The translations under genes were made by a program, and so were the position numbers. A DNA stretch of 62,903 nucleotides, counting the filler, from Reclinomonas americana ATCC 50394 (lineage: Eukaryota), in NCBI GenBank assembly GCA_048213135.1. It is 22 parts of 22 records of this genome, joined end to end, with 100 filler letters (N's around TTAATTAATTAA, not from the genome) between each part and the next. Parts side by side here need not be neighbours in the genome. Positions count along the whole stretch, not along the records: positions 9,604 to 13,198 come from AFZH01021780.1; positions 13,299 to 14,859 come from AFZH01021781.1; positions 14,960 to 16,928 come from AFZH01021782.1; positions 17,029 to 19,496 come from AFZH01021783.1; positions 19,597 to 22,115 come from AFZH01021784.1; positions 22,216 to 24,528 come from AFZH01021785.1; 16 more parts are not named here. One strand, given 5' to 3'. Below the pieces are notes generated by a model. That model was given only the letters and a program-made list of their open reading frames with translations. It had not been told where the DNA came from and did not search any database. Below are positions 10,058 through 22,500 of this stretch, one piece after another (the first letter of the stretch is position 1; the number at the start of each line of letters is the position of its first letter).

Positions 10058-13000
10058 ATGTTGGTGAGTTGTATTGATTGAGTGGGGGACGCTTGTTGTT
10101 CGCACGCTTCTCCGTGTCTTCTCTCTCACTCGTCGCTTGTCACTCACTGCCTTTGTGTGTGCGACAGTTCTCTGTGAATGTGAGTGCGGCGCATGATTCG
10201 TCGCTGTCGGTGGAAGTGGCGGGCATGTCGGCCATGTCCACTCTGGCGGACTTGCTGCGCGAGGCCACTCGCTTGCTGCGCGAGAAGAGTGGAGATGCGG
10301 GAATGGAGATTGTGGGAGTGGAGAAGCCCGTGCCGTATGACTTGGAGGATGCGACTGTGACGAAGCTGAAAACACTCGGCATCAACTCATCAATACACCT
10401 TGTTGTCCGTCTGACACTTGGCGTGGCGCTACAGCCGAGTGGAGGGAGTGGAAGGCATGTGTGCTGGATGCTTGCGAATCATGTCACTGCGCCAAATATG
10501 CAGCTCACTCTCGCTCCTTCGCACAGCAACTCGGAGCGAATGACTCGGTGTGTTTCTTGCCTTCGTCATCTTCCTCTCTTCTCTTCTTTGTTCTTCCACT
10601 CGGATTGAGTCTGTGCTGATTGTGTTTGTTTGTGCACGCACAGCATGATCAACTTCAATCGCATCAACATGGCCTTTGAGGTGGTGGAGGAGGCCGTGCG
10701 TCTCCGTTGTCAACGCGCGCTGGCTCAGTTCAGTCGCGATCATCCCGACTTTGATGTGCGGGCGTGGGCTTCGGATTTGTGGTTTCCGCGTATCATGCAT
10801 TGTGACTTGTGGAAGTGGGTGCCCTGCTTTGTGTTGGCTGGCATGCACATGCATGAGGCGGCAGTGAAGTCTTGGCGTGGGCGACACGCTCCACTTCATC
10901 CTGGGCGAGTCATGTTGTTTGAGGAGAAGCAGACGGCGGCGTTGGCCTGGCGTGCTGCGTTCGACGCCGATCCATCATCCGACCCTCCGTGTGACGGATT
11001 CGACACAACGGCACTCACGTCCATCATGCTTTTTGGTGGCCTGGTACTCGAGGACGGTCGCAAGGTGTTGTTAACGGATGATGCGGACGAACGAAAGGCG
11101 GTGGAGCTGTTGCGAGTGGTCAGAAATGAGTTGGTCCACGGATCATCGGCATGGAACGAGGCCGGTGTGCAATTGTATCTCGGTGACGGCGGTGTGTTCC
11201 TCTCCTTCCTCGGCAAGCTGCGCCTTCCTGTCGATGCAGTCGCCAGATTTGCGACGCGGATTCGCGATGCGCGCCATCTCGACTTTAACGTCAGCACATT
11301 TGAGGAGCGACTCTATCGACTGGCGGCGCGTGAGCTCTCATTCTACCAGCACGACGAGAGTTTGCGCAAAGGCATGCAGATGTATGTTCCACTGCTGTGC
11401 TCACGCGATCGTGACGTCTCATCGAGGGAGAAGATGATGGATCTGTTGACGGAGGTGGATGTTTTCCTCGCCGACGCCAACACCACGCAGCGTATGCTGG
11501 TGCTCTTTGGCAACAGTGGGGCCGGCAAGACCACCACCATGTCGATGCTGGCCGAGCGAGCGTGGCGACAGTGGCAGACAAGAGAAAGCAGAAGGGTGCC
11601 TGTTCGTGTGCCCCTTGGTGCTCTGCGCAATGCCGATGAGCGACTGTTGGAGGAGACACTGGAGCGACTGTCTCCCGAGTTGGGATTCAGTGAGTCGGAT
11701 GTGCGACGGTTGAAGGAGGAACCACTGCTGTTATTGCTTGACGGGTACGATGAGTTGTACCGTGGTGTGAATCTGTTTGTCAAGAACCAGCTGGACGTGT
11801 GTCGCGATGTGAAGGTGATTATCACTTGTCGTGGCGATTACGCACTGACGGCACTGGGTGGTGTGCCGCAGTATCGACGGTTGTTTGCACCGATAGATGC
11901 ACGAGGACAGTTGTGCATGCAGCAGTTGATGGAGAGATATATTGCGCCGTTCAGCAAGGAGCAGATTGAGGAGTACTTCGAGCGACTGGTGCAGGTGGGT
12001 GGTGATGATGATGATGACGGTGGAGTGCGATGGTCGACTGCCGAAGAGTACATTCGTGCACTGCAAAGTGTGCATGGACTGGATGCACTGGTGTCGAATC
12101 CTTTCCTGCTAGCAGTGGTGGCTCGTGTGTTGCCGGAGTTGGTGGCGAGTGGTGTACAACGACCGACTCGGTGCGATGTGTTTGACCGATTCATTCGACA
12201 GTGGATTGTGAGGGAACAGGAGAGGCAGACGCGTCTCGGTGCGGAGCGTGTACCGCGGGAGGAGACCTGTTTGGCGTTCTGTGAGGGACTGGCACGGTTG
12301 ATGCATGAGAGGAATGTGGTGCGTGTGTCTGTGTCGGAAAGTCGGTCGTGGGATGATGGTGGAGAGGATGATGACGACTTTGGCGGTGCACCTCTCGCCT
12401 TGCGACGGGTGGAAGAGGGACCGTTTGACAAGTTCCTGGGCGAGAAGAACCAGCATGTGCGAGTGTGCTGTCCGATTGTGCGACGGTATGGGACGACGCA
12501 GTGGGGATTCGTGCATCTGTCGTTGTTGGAACACTGTGTGGCACGCCATGCGTTTGCATGGGAGACGTGGGATGAGGAGAGGAGATTGACAATGCACGAT
12601 GTGCAACAGCATGTACTGGCAGTACGACTGCTGAATGATCGACCATCGTTGGTGGAGCAGATGGCCGAGGTGGTGCGACGATCTCCTGCGTTGCAACCGA
12701 GACTGTGGGAGGTGATTGAGATGTCACGCGAGGTGGATGAGGAGCGAGTGGTGACGGCAGCAGCGAATGCTGCGACAGTGCTGTGTGTGGCACAAGTGTC
12801 GTTCAGTGGCCGTGATCTGTCGAGTGTGCGAGTGAGGGGTGCGGATTTGAGGGATGCGGTGATGCACAGAACGGTGTGGAGAGGAGCGGATATGCGAGGG
12901 GTGAATGTGTGCTTGGCGTACGCGAGGGAGGCGGATTTCAGAGGGGCGGATGTGACGGATGTGAAGTGGCCGAGGGAGCCGATGGTGGGACACGCGGGTT

Positions 13001-13788
13001 GGGTGCGTGCAGTGGCAGTGACACCCGATGGTCAGCACATTGTGAGTGGCAGTGATGACAAGACTGTACGGATGTGGTCTGTGGCAAGTGGCGAGGAGGC
13101 GCGCCAATTGGAGGGCCACACGTTGTCGGTGTCTGCAGTTGCAGTGACACCCAATGGTCAACACATTGTGAGTGGCAGTCGGGATAAGACTGTACGAGNN
13201 NNNNNNNNNNNNNNNNNNNNNNNNNNNNNNNNNNNNNNNNNNTTAATTAATTAANNNNNNNNNNNNNNNNNNNNNNNNNNNNNNNNNNNNNNNNNNNNTC
13301 AGCACATTGTGAGTGGCAGTGGTGACAACACTTTACGAGTGTGGTCGGTGGCAAGTGGCGAGGAGGTTCGCCGCCTGGCAGGCCACACACATGCGGTGTA
13401 TGCAGTTGCAGTGACACCCGATGGCCAGCACATTGTGAGTGGCAGTTCTGATGAGACTGTACGGGTGTGGTCGATGGTAAGTGGCGAGGAGGTGCGCCGA
13501 TTGGAAGGCCACACGAATGCGGTGCGTGCAGTGACAGTGACGCCCGATGGCCATCACATTGTGAGTGGCGGTGATGACAAGACTGTGCGGATGTGGTCTG
13601 TGGCAAGTGACGCGGAGGTGCGTCGACTGGAAGGCCACACGAATAGGGTGAATGCAGTGGCACTGACATCCGATGGCCAGCACATTTTTCAACGTGAGAA
13701 GGCTGTACTTCTTGTGCGCCGTCGTGAAGGACTGCTCGAGCGCATTCTCGGCTCTTTCCTTCCTGATTTCACCGATGTTATTCTGTGA
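10058..13788 (+). CDS. NLR-like STAND protein, copy 2 (Ubl - HEPN - NACHT - pentapeptide - WD40), apparently intact; the WD40 array is broken by an assembly gap
   Basis: Predicted exons 10058-10063, 10168-10454 (GC donor), 10527-10547, 10644-13198, gap, 13299-13788. Motifs RNELVH, GNSGAGKT, LLLLDGYDE, NPFLL, FVHLSLLEH, pentapeptide and WD40 units are in one open frame. C-terminal tail GSFLPDF is shared with copy 1. Confidence 0.9.
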
Positions 13789-14791
13789 TGAGCACAACTG
13801 CGAGCGCGTATGAACCCTCGAATACATGCCAGTTTATTTTTTATGAGGTCACGTGATGTAAACATGCGTGTAATCTTCGCCCTCAAGTTGTATGCCGTGT
13901 GTGTTGATTGACCATCACGAGATAATCCACTCGTTGTCCACTTTCTCTGTTGCAAGAAACCACAGCGACCTGACGATGCACTGCACCGCCTGTTTGCTGT
14001 CGCTTCTGCCTGCATCTTTCGCCGATGAAGGTGACCGTTGATCCAGCTCCCCCTTGACACCGCGGAGGTCGTTGTTGCCAAGCACGCCGTCTTCATCGCC
14101 TCGCATTCATTTTACTGCGATGCGACATCGTCATACCATGTAAGCATTCGACGGAAATGCGTTCTTCGAGTTCCAGAAGCACACATGCGTCGCAATTTAC
14201 TGGCAGGAGATGAAACAAGAGTTGTCACTGGATCCTGACGAGTGTGCGTGCAGTGGCTGATAGGAATCTCGTGTTATGATTTCGCGGCGCGGATGTCGGT
14301 TGACTTGCTGTGCTAGCGACACATGCGATACCGCGCCATTGTTCTTTGCGTGTGACGAAACTGTGAGTAGTGTATTGTGAGCCTCTGTCGTTGACGCATG
14401 ATCTCGAACGCAAGGAATAGAAGCGGCATTGAATGTCTGCGTGGTTCAGCAACTGCGCAATACGGACCTGCTATTTGTTTACTCATCCATTTCATTATCC
14501 TCCACAATGAGAGAGACAAAGGAGACTCAAAACGCAGGAAGACAACGAGAGGCAGACACAAAATCACTCTCAAAAAACATTCACAAACGCGTCACTGTCA
14601 CGAGGACGCATGTACATGCGGGTTGCGACAATTCCGAGACGTCGGTGCTCAACTGAATGGTGGGCATGTGACAACACATGCAGGCGGCCGTTCCATGCGA
14701 TCGGTCAAGTACACCAGTCACATGGTCGCATGATCGAGCATACCGCAAGCGTGGTCATGCTCACACAGCAACCGGCGTTGCATGACGGGAA

Positions 14792-14843
<52 letters not shown>

Positions 14844-17028
14844 TAGAGAGAGAGAAGAANNNNNNNNNNNNNNNNNNNNNNNNNNNNNNNNNNNNNNNNN
14901 NNNTTAATTAATTAANNNNNNNNNNNNNNNNNNNNNNNNNNNNNNNNNNNNNNNNNNNNAAAAGAGAGAGAGGAAGATAATGAAGGAGAGACAAGAAGGA
15001 GAAGCGCTCTCACGTGGTGAATTTCACCATGAAGACATGGGGTGAAAAGAGTGAAGAGATTCACTCACACTGACATCTCCAGTCAAAAAGACCATCGTAG
15101 CGATCCTTCCACCCACACTGTCACCTGATCACTCACATGGCGTGGTATGAATGATCGAGACAAGCGACCAATTCAAGCTCATGCCCCGCACATGCACACT
15201 CTCTCTCTCTCTTCTCATGTATCTCTGTACTCTTTCCCCTCTGCGTAACAATCAGGGACACAGAGAGCGACATGGAAGAGACAACTCGATGTTGAGATGA
15301 GGGGAGAGCGACAAAGACACATGCTCATCACCGGCATTGGGCGAATAGAAATAAGGGACATCCTGCAAGTAAGGGAGACAGAGAGGGAAGAGACAGACCA
15401 ACAAACCAATAGGCAAAGTATTCCTGCTGGCGATTTACAAAGCAGCGACGAAATGCAGTCTCTCTGTTGATGCCACACATGAAAACAATGCCCGTCGCAT
15501 GTAATGAGAGAACAAACAACAACAACGATCCATGTACGTGAGAGAGATGGAGAAAAACGGACGCAGGTGGACGAGATGGATGGTGCGTTTTGTGCTCCAT
15601 GCATCACCAGCCAAGCCTGTGGAGACAAGGAATAAGCAGGAGAGACGGGAGAAGAGAGAGAGAAGAGATGGAGATGAATGACTCCCACAATGCCACCAAC
15701 GCAGAGAAGGCATAATGGATGCGCTTTCTCCTCTCTCTCTCTCCTTCCCTCCATCACCATACACAATAGCGTCTCTCCCCACTCGCAGATGATGTTCTCT
15801 CTCTCCTCCATTTCTCACCCCACACATTCACGGTCACCAATGACCAGACGTATCCCAGAAGGAATGAGAGATATTCTCCACATTTCAGGCTTTCCTCTTT
15901 TTCACACGACCTCTCTCTCTCTCTCTAAATTCCCATGCACCACGCTCATCTCCCAAGCATGCCGTTCAACAGAAAAAAACACACCATGAAATGTGATCAA
16001 GAAAAGTGGGAAAGAGAGATTGTGGTGGAAAAGAGAGAGAGGGGGGAGGAGGAACATTGGGCGTGGATGGATAGATGGATAAAGGAGAGAAACACAGAGA
16101 TAACGAAAAGAGATGAACAAAGAGCAGCAGGAACGAGGGAAACGAAAGCATGAGTGCACGAGAGATGAGACGAAGAGAGACAACAACACACGGATGGAGG
16201 ATGCAGAGATATGCATGACAGACCACGATAAAATGAGCAAGAATACGCGCACATGGACGACGCTCACACTCCCAAAGAACAAGGAGGTGAGAGTCAATGC
16301 CGATAACCAAGAAGAAAAGAGACAATAAGAATAGATGAAAGGAAAGACAGGAAGGAGAATGCAACGGATGGAAATGGAGGGAGATGCACGAGGCTGCTTT
16401 CTCACGCGAGGAGAGGGAGGGGGGAAAATTCAGGAGGAGACAGAAGGGATGAGAGGGGAAGGAAGAAGGAAAAAAGGACAGGATGTCAATTCAATTTGCA
16501 CGGTCATGGAGACGATGAAGGCGATAAACAGGAAGAGACGAATCAACGGCACGTACACACGAATACACGCGACAGCAAGAACTCGAAAATGACAGAGGAA
16601 AGAAAAAAAGCAGACGAGGAGGAAGGGGAGTGGAGAGGGTGGAGAAGGAGAAGCACGAGTGCGTGTTCATGCAATATCACAAAATGAGGTGAAATGGAGA
16701 TGAAGAGCGGAGTGACAGAGGGTAACCACCCTGCAAGAACAAGCCCGACAGAGAGCGGCTCAGCGCAACAAGCATGTGTGTGGCAATGGTGATCAGAGAC
16801 GGAGATGCAAGACGAAGGGAGAGAGACGGGGCGAGTACGCAGAAAGGGATGTAAATGGATGGAGGGTGGGAGAGGGAGAGAGAGAGAGCGAGAGGGACAA
16901 TGGACAAATGATGCGTGTGTGCAGTAGGNNNNNNNNNNNNNNNNNNNNNNNNNNNNNNNNNNNNNNNNNNNNTTAATTAATTAANNNNNNNNNNNNNNNN
17001 NNNNNNNNNNNNNNNNNNNNNNNNNNNN

Positions 17029-17745
17029 TGCTCCGCACACGGCGAGTCATGATCAGCGGTCGGCGGTGTGTCAACACCTTCACCGCCGAGTTGATCAACA
17101 GAGAGGCCGCTCGCTCCACCACAGAGTACAGGCCGAGACCACCTTTCGACAGCGGAGTGTAGAGGAAGGGTGTGCCGGAGTCGTTGTCGAGGCCAAGGCC
17201 GAGTCGGATGTTGTCGCGGATCTTGCAGTCGATTGTGGCGAGCACTTCCGGCTGGAGCTCCACGGCCGACATGACAAAGGTGGCCTTGGTGAGGACGAAG
17301 CGGCGAACGGCATCCACCTTCTGGAGCGGCAACAACGACGACGACTGCTTGGTGGCCTCGATCGGAGTGAAGAGCTGCTTCTCCAGCATCTTCGTCACTT
17401 GCTTCTTCGCCTCACTTGTACGAGTCGGTGAGTAGAACGGGTAGCCAAGCCAATGATCGCACTCAGTGACAGATGACATGGATCGCAACGCGGTGCCAGC
17501 CATCAGCAGCTCGGGATCGAACTCCTCCGCCACAAAGTTCTGCGCCAGCATCGGACCATGGCCAGAGCCAACACCAATTGCACAATGACTTCTGCGGGTT
17601 GTCGGCGATGCGAGACCACTCTGGCAAACGCTTGGGCAGATCCAGGACCAGCTGCGCCTCACGAACAGAAGACACCACCACGTGACGATCATCGGCAAAG
17701 GCAGAAACACACACACGAATGTCGGAATCGCAGACAGAGTAATCA
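17029..17745 (-). mobile_element. Decayed non-LTR retrotransposon fragment: reverse transcriptase catalytic region and thumb
   Basis: AFADD catalytic motif (FADD at 17688-17699) followed by W...NPQKS. After a frameshift come WLGYPF and FLYTPLSKGGLGL, the typical RT thumb of non-LTR elements. Confidence 0.85.
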
Positions 17746-18470
17746 ACACGAAGGGCACATGTGCACAGCTGCGGAGAGAGAAAAAATGCGCGCGCGCATG
17801 CGCATTGTTGCAATTGGGGAGAGGCATGCTGACCATGGAGAGACGCGTGTGAAGCGGAAAATGTTTGCGAGTGTGTGCGTGCAGCGCTCTCCAACGCCAA
17901 TGACCCGGCGAGGGCGTGTTGAACACTGGACACAATGGGATGAGACGTTGGCTGCACACCAAGAGTCGACTTCGACCACAAACTTGGGGTACCGCTGTGC
18001 CCCAGGTGCCGGAGCCGGGAAGCACCCCGTCCCCTTGCTTTCTTAGTCTACTGTACCCCGTACCCGGTGGACAAAAAAGGACTGCACCCCAGCACCCCAA
18101 GTTCCTTGCACCCCCCCCACTGTGTGTGATTGTGTGTGAGATTGCCGATGAAAATTCCGATGTACTTCCCTCGTCGTTCCTGCGTTTTGTGTGCAATGAG
18201 CTTGGACGTTGTCGTGTATGGTATGCCACTGGTGCACACTCTGCGCTGTGTCTTCTGCTGTTCTGTTGTGTTGCAAGTGCGCGCGCGCCATGTTGTCCGT
18301 CCGACGCGCTCTTCCACATACACGCACACTCTCTCTCTTCCACACGCACACATTCACGCTCTCTCTCCTTGTGCTCTTGTGTGTGCTGTTGTTGGGGCGT
18401 GTTGTGGGCAGCGCCATGTTGTGTTGATACTCACACACACACGCGCACTCTCTCTCACACACACACACAG

Positions 18471-19330
18471 GGCCGAGTCTGGCCACGCTGTTGTTCGAGT
18501 GCGCCTCCGACAATGACGACTTTGTTGCGTTTCTTCTCTTCTTGTTGTTGTTGTTGTCAGCGGATGAATTCCTCACTCTCTTTTTCTCTCTCTCTCTGTG
18601 TGTGTGTGTGTGTGCTTTTGCAGGAGGGATTGTTGATTGGTTCCGCGTGCTATCACACGTCGACAGAGCGCGCCGACTTTTCCGACTCGCGACACACTGC
18701 AGATATCATCAAAGTCGGTCAGTCACTCATCTCTGCAAGTTGTCTCTCCCTGCTCTCTCCTGCTCTTCTCCACCTCTGCAACTTGTTTCTTCTTTCCTTC
18801 TCTCTCCCTCTTCCCTTTGCCTCAGTCTCTCACTATCTCATTCTTTTACCTCATCCTCCTTCTCCTCCCTCCTCCTCCTTCTCATCCTGCCTTCTCATTC
18901 ACTCCCTTCTCCTTGTCCTCCTCCTTCTCCTCACAGGCATCGAGGGCATCATGCCGACGGGCCCACTGCACAGCTTTTACGGCTCAAGTGCTGCGCTGGA
19001 CACGGACGCATTCGAACGACATCTGGCACAGTGCCCCAAGGACAAGGTCTCCCTTTGCTGTCGCCTTATCTTCTTCTCCGTCTCCGTTGTTGCGCTGAAT
19101 GTCACACGCAGCGAGTGATTGGCTTCTTCCGGTTCCGACGAGGCACCTCGGCGCGGCCGTCGTTGCAGGAGCGAGCATTGGTGCGCTCGGTGAACGAGTA
19201 TCTGCATGCGCGGCGCAGTGTCGACGATGTGCCGGTGATGCTGCTGGGGATTTTCGCCCGCGAGGTCGACCACAATGCGTGCACGCACTCGTTTGATTAT
19301 GCCTTTTTCAACCAGAATGCGGCGTTGCGT
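18471..19330 (+). CDS. Abraxas/FAM175-like MPN- domain protein (BRISC/BRCA1-A subunit), partial
   Basis: Exons 18471-18523, 18624-18717, 18937-19046, 19112-~19330 join to GPSLATLLFECASDNDDF-EGLLIG...HSFYGSS...VIGFFRFRRGT...PSLQE, matching the Abraxas pattern EGFLLG...SFY...VVGWYKFRR...RE. Confidence 0.75.
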
Positions 19331-19596
19331 CAACAATGTGGTCACTCGCTTGCACTGAGATCTGTCGTGTTGCTGAATCCCCTGTTCTCTCTCTCTCTTT
19401 CTCTTTTCCCTCTCTGTGTGTCTCTGTTTCTGTCTCCCTCTGCCGTCTCTCTCTTCCCTCTGTATCTCTCTCTCTCTCTCGCTCTCTGTCTCCCTCNNNN
19501 NNNNNNNNNNNNNNNNNNNNNNNNNNNNNNNNNNNNNNNNTTAATTAATTAANNNNNNNNNNNNNNNNNNNNNNNNNNNNNNNNNNNNNNNNNNNN

Positions 19597-22500
19597 GCAA
19601 TCGGGTGAGCGGGGCAGTGTGTGGATGAGAGAGAGAGAGCACGCAGAGGACGCACCAAACGACTCGCTGATCTTCTTGTTTGGTGCGCGAATCTCCAGCC
19701 GCGTCAGATCCGACGACAGGAACACGTGCCTTGCCGCGCATGGTACTGGGTGGCCGTGCAACTGTAGGGAGGCGCGATGATTCTCAGTCAGTGTGCGGAG
19801 GTGACAGAGCGCAGCGGACGAAGCGAGCAGCGTACCATGCACGTCTGGGTCGATTTCGGGTTGGGCTTGAACACCTGGCAACCGCGCAGCATGAACAGGA
19901 CCACGCCCTGCACTTGCTCGAGTTCGTCACCCTCCAACATTGGCGACTGACGAAGAGAAAGAGAAAGAATACATGAGTAATCGAGAGTGTACAAGTAACT
20001 CGAGCCACGCTGATGCAACCAACCTGCGGGCCAAACAAACGCAGTCCCTCGGGCGGCAACAGCTGATGCAAGTGGCCGTTCGCTTCACTCGACACACCGG
20101 TGACCTGAGTCTGTGTCGGCAGACCTACACACAAGAGATGAGCGCAAATGGCGAGAGAGAGAAAGAGAGGCGTGTCGAGTGCTGGCATACCTTCGCTATC
20201 GGAGCTGTCGTACCCGTCGCCGAGATTGTCAAACATCAGCGCGTCGTCGCTCGGCAGCGTCATTCTCGACGGGAGCGATGCATGTCCGTGACCGTTGGAC
20301 GGCGCTGGCCCCCGCGACGACGATAATGAGGATGAACCCTCACCACGGGCGCTGAGATGCGTGGGTGCCGTCGACGACATGGCTCTCGGGGTGGAGTACG
20401 CGCTGGCCGACTTGACTGGCGGTTGCATAGGTGCTGCTGCGGCCATGGACGACGGCGCCGCGGAGCGCAGTGGCGTACGCGCCGCACGTGATCTTGAGGC
20501 AGACTGAGAGCGTGTGGCCGAGGTGGAACGACCGTTGCCACGCGCCGAAGGCACCTCCGGCTCAATGTCGAGCACACGGCGATCGCGACCCGGACTCGCC
20601 GTCGGTGACATGTGGTGCAAGAAGGGCGAGGCTCGTCCCTGCGTCACACACGTCAGACCCACTCATCCGCCCCTGCCTCCCTCACACTGTCAGACAAGGC
20701 ACTCACCCTCTTGCGACTGCTGTCGCGGTACATGGCGTCGGGCAGCTGATCGCCATTCAAAATGCCGCACACCAGCTGATTCTCCACAAACGGATCGGCG
20801 TTGTACTCTGGCGGCAACTCCTCCGGCGTAAAGCCCTCATCCAGACACTGCGAAGCACACACAGGAGACCGATCAGGAAAAAAACTCTTGACAACGCGGG
20901 GCAACAAACGGACTGCACACACCTCGGCTCGTTGCTGATGGAACTCGGCTCGCATCTTTTCAAAATTGCGGTGCGCTCGAGCGGCCATCGCACGCAGCTT
21001 CTTATCGCGGGCGACCGAGTCACGCTGCAACGCATCGTCGTGCTCCACCGCCACACGCTGCGACTCGTCGCGCAGACGTACACATTCGGCAGCACACTGA
21101 CGCAAACTGCAGTCGCAGACAACCAACACCGTGAGCACACCACAACACCAACGGAGCCAGAGGGATTCGATTGAACACGCAACATCTTCGTGGCATTCCT
21201 CAGCTTGCTCTCCCGCACGCCCAGCTCCTGGTCAATGTCGGCAACACTGGCGGTCAACTCCTGCTTTAATCTGGAAATCTCCCTCCGTGTCTCGTCGCTG
21301 TTGGAACACTGGTCAGCGACAACAGCTTCCTTCTCACTTGTGAGAGAGACACACGGCACGCAACATTTGACTTTGCGCCTGCTGCGTCAGGAGCGAACAC
21401 GTGCTCAATTCCGCTTGCCGGTCGGCCACCACCGACTGCAGCCACGTCAGGTGCTCGTCGGCCTTGGCCAATGCCTCCTTTGATCTCGCCAGCTTCTCAC
21501 GATGCTCCTGCAACTCCTTTCGCAGCACGCGGATGCGCTCGTGCGCCGCCGCCGTCTCCTCCTCCATCTTGCGCAACTCGTCCTTCAGCTGGGCCACCTG
21601 CGCCTCGCCCTTGGACAGCTCCTCGGTGCGTCCGTCCTTGGCACTGTCTTGAGCCGCAATCACATCCTGAATCGCCATGTTGAGCTCCGAATGCAGCAGT
21701 CGCAGTTGCTCCTCCGCCCGTCTCCGATCCGAGATGGCGTCCTCGTATTGTTGCACGACCTCACAAAACGCTGCAATGCGCTGCTGCGTCTCCTGTCGGA
21801 CGTGAACCTGTTACCACAAACCACACAAGGAGGGGTGAGCGAATGCACAACAAATCAGGTATCACCCCCTCCCCCGCGAGTTGTTGCCTCACCTCAATGT
21901 CCTTCAGCTGGTCCTCCATCATCTTGAAAGCCAGTTCAGAACCATACGTGTGCTCCATATCACGGAACTCTCCCTGTGCGACAACGAGACGGCCGTGAAC
22001 ATCCTTGCAGACGCATGCACAGAGGCGCAGAGGGTGCACGAAACCTGCTTTGACCGCGCAATCTCCTCCAGCCTAAACTGCAACTGTTGTCGCAGACTGA
22101 TCTCCAGTTGCTGCCNNNNNNNNNNNNNNNNNNNNNNNNNNNNNNNNNNNNNNNNNNNNTTAATTAATTAANNNNNNNNNNNNNNNNNNNNNNNNNNNNN
22201 NNNNNNNNNNNNNNNGCTCGGTGATGCGCGACTCGGACTGCCGAATTTCGCGCTCTGCTCGCTCCTCCAGCTCTCCCAACGTACGCCGCAAGTTCTCAGT
22301 CGTCCTGCTGTGCTGCTGCTGCGCTTCCTCGGCGGTCTTGAGCTCACCAGAGACGCGTTGCCACTCGGCACCACACTGTGCCTCCTGTGTGCCACGCGTC
22401 TGCGAAATCTGCTGCAGTTCGTCCAGCCGCGCCTCCAGCTCCTTGATGCGCGACTGATTCGACTGTGTGCGTTCGTCGCGCTTCCTCTTCAGCTCGTCGA

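Larger units (their letters stand above)
1..16928. repeat. Tandem segmental duplication: NLR gene plus 5' and 3' flanks (unit 1 ~1-9500; unit 2 ~9700-16928)
   Basis: Alignable blocks ~30-7150 vs ~9740-14830, and ~7330-8770 vs ~15740-16925. Confidence 0.9.

Noticed and set aside
10763..10814. Copy-2-specific insertion as a novel intron
   Set aside because: The available GT...AG pair spans 52 nt and would shift the frame; the 51-nt insert reads through in frame.
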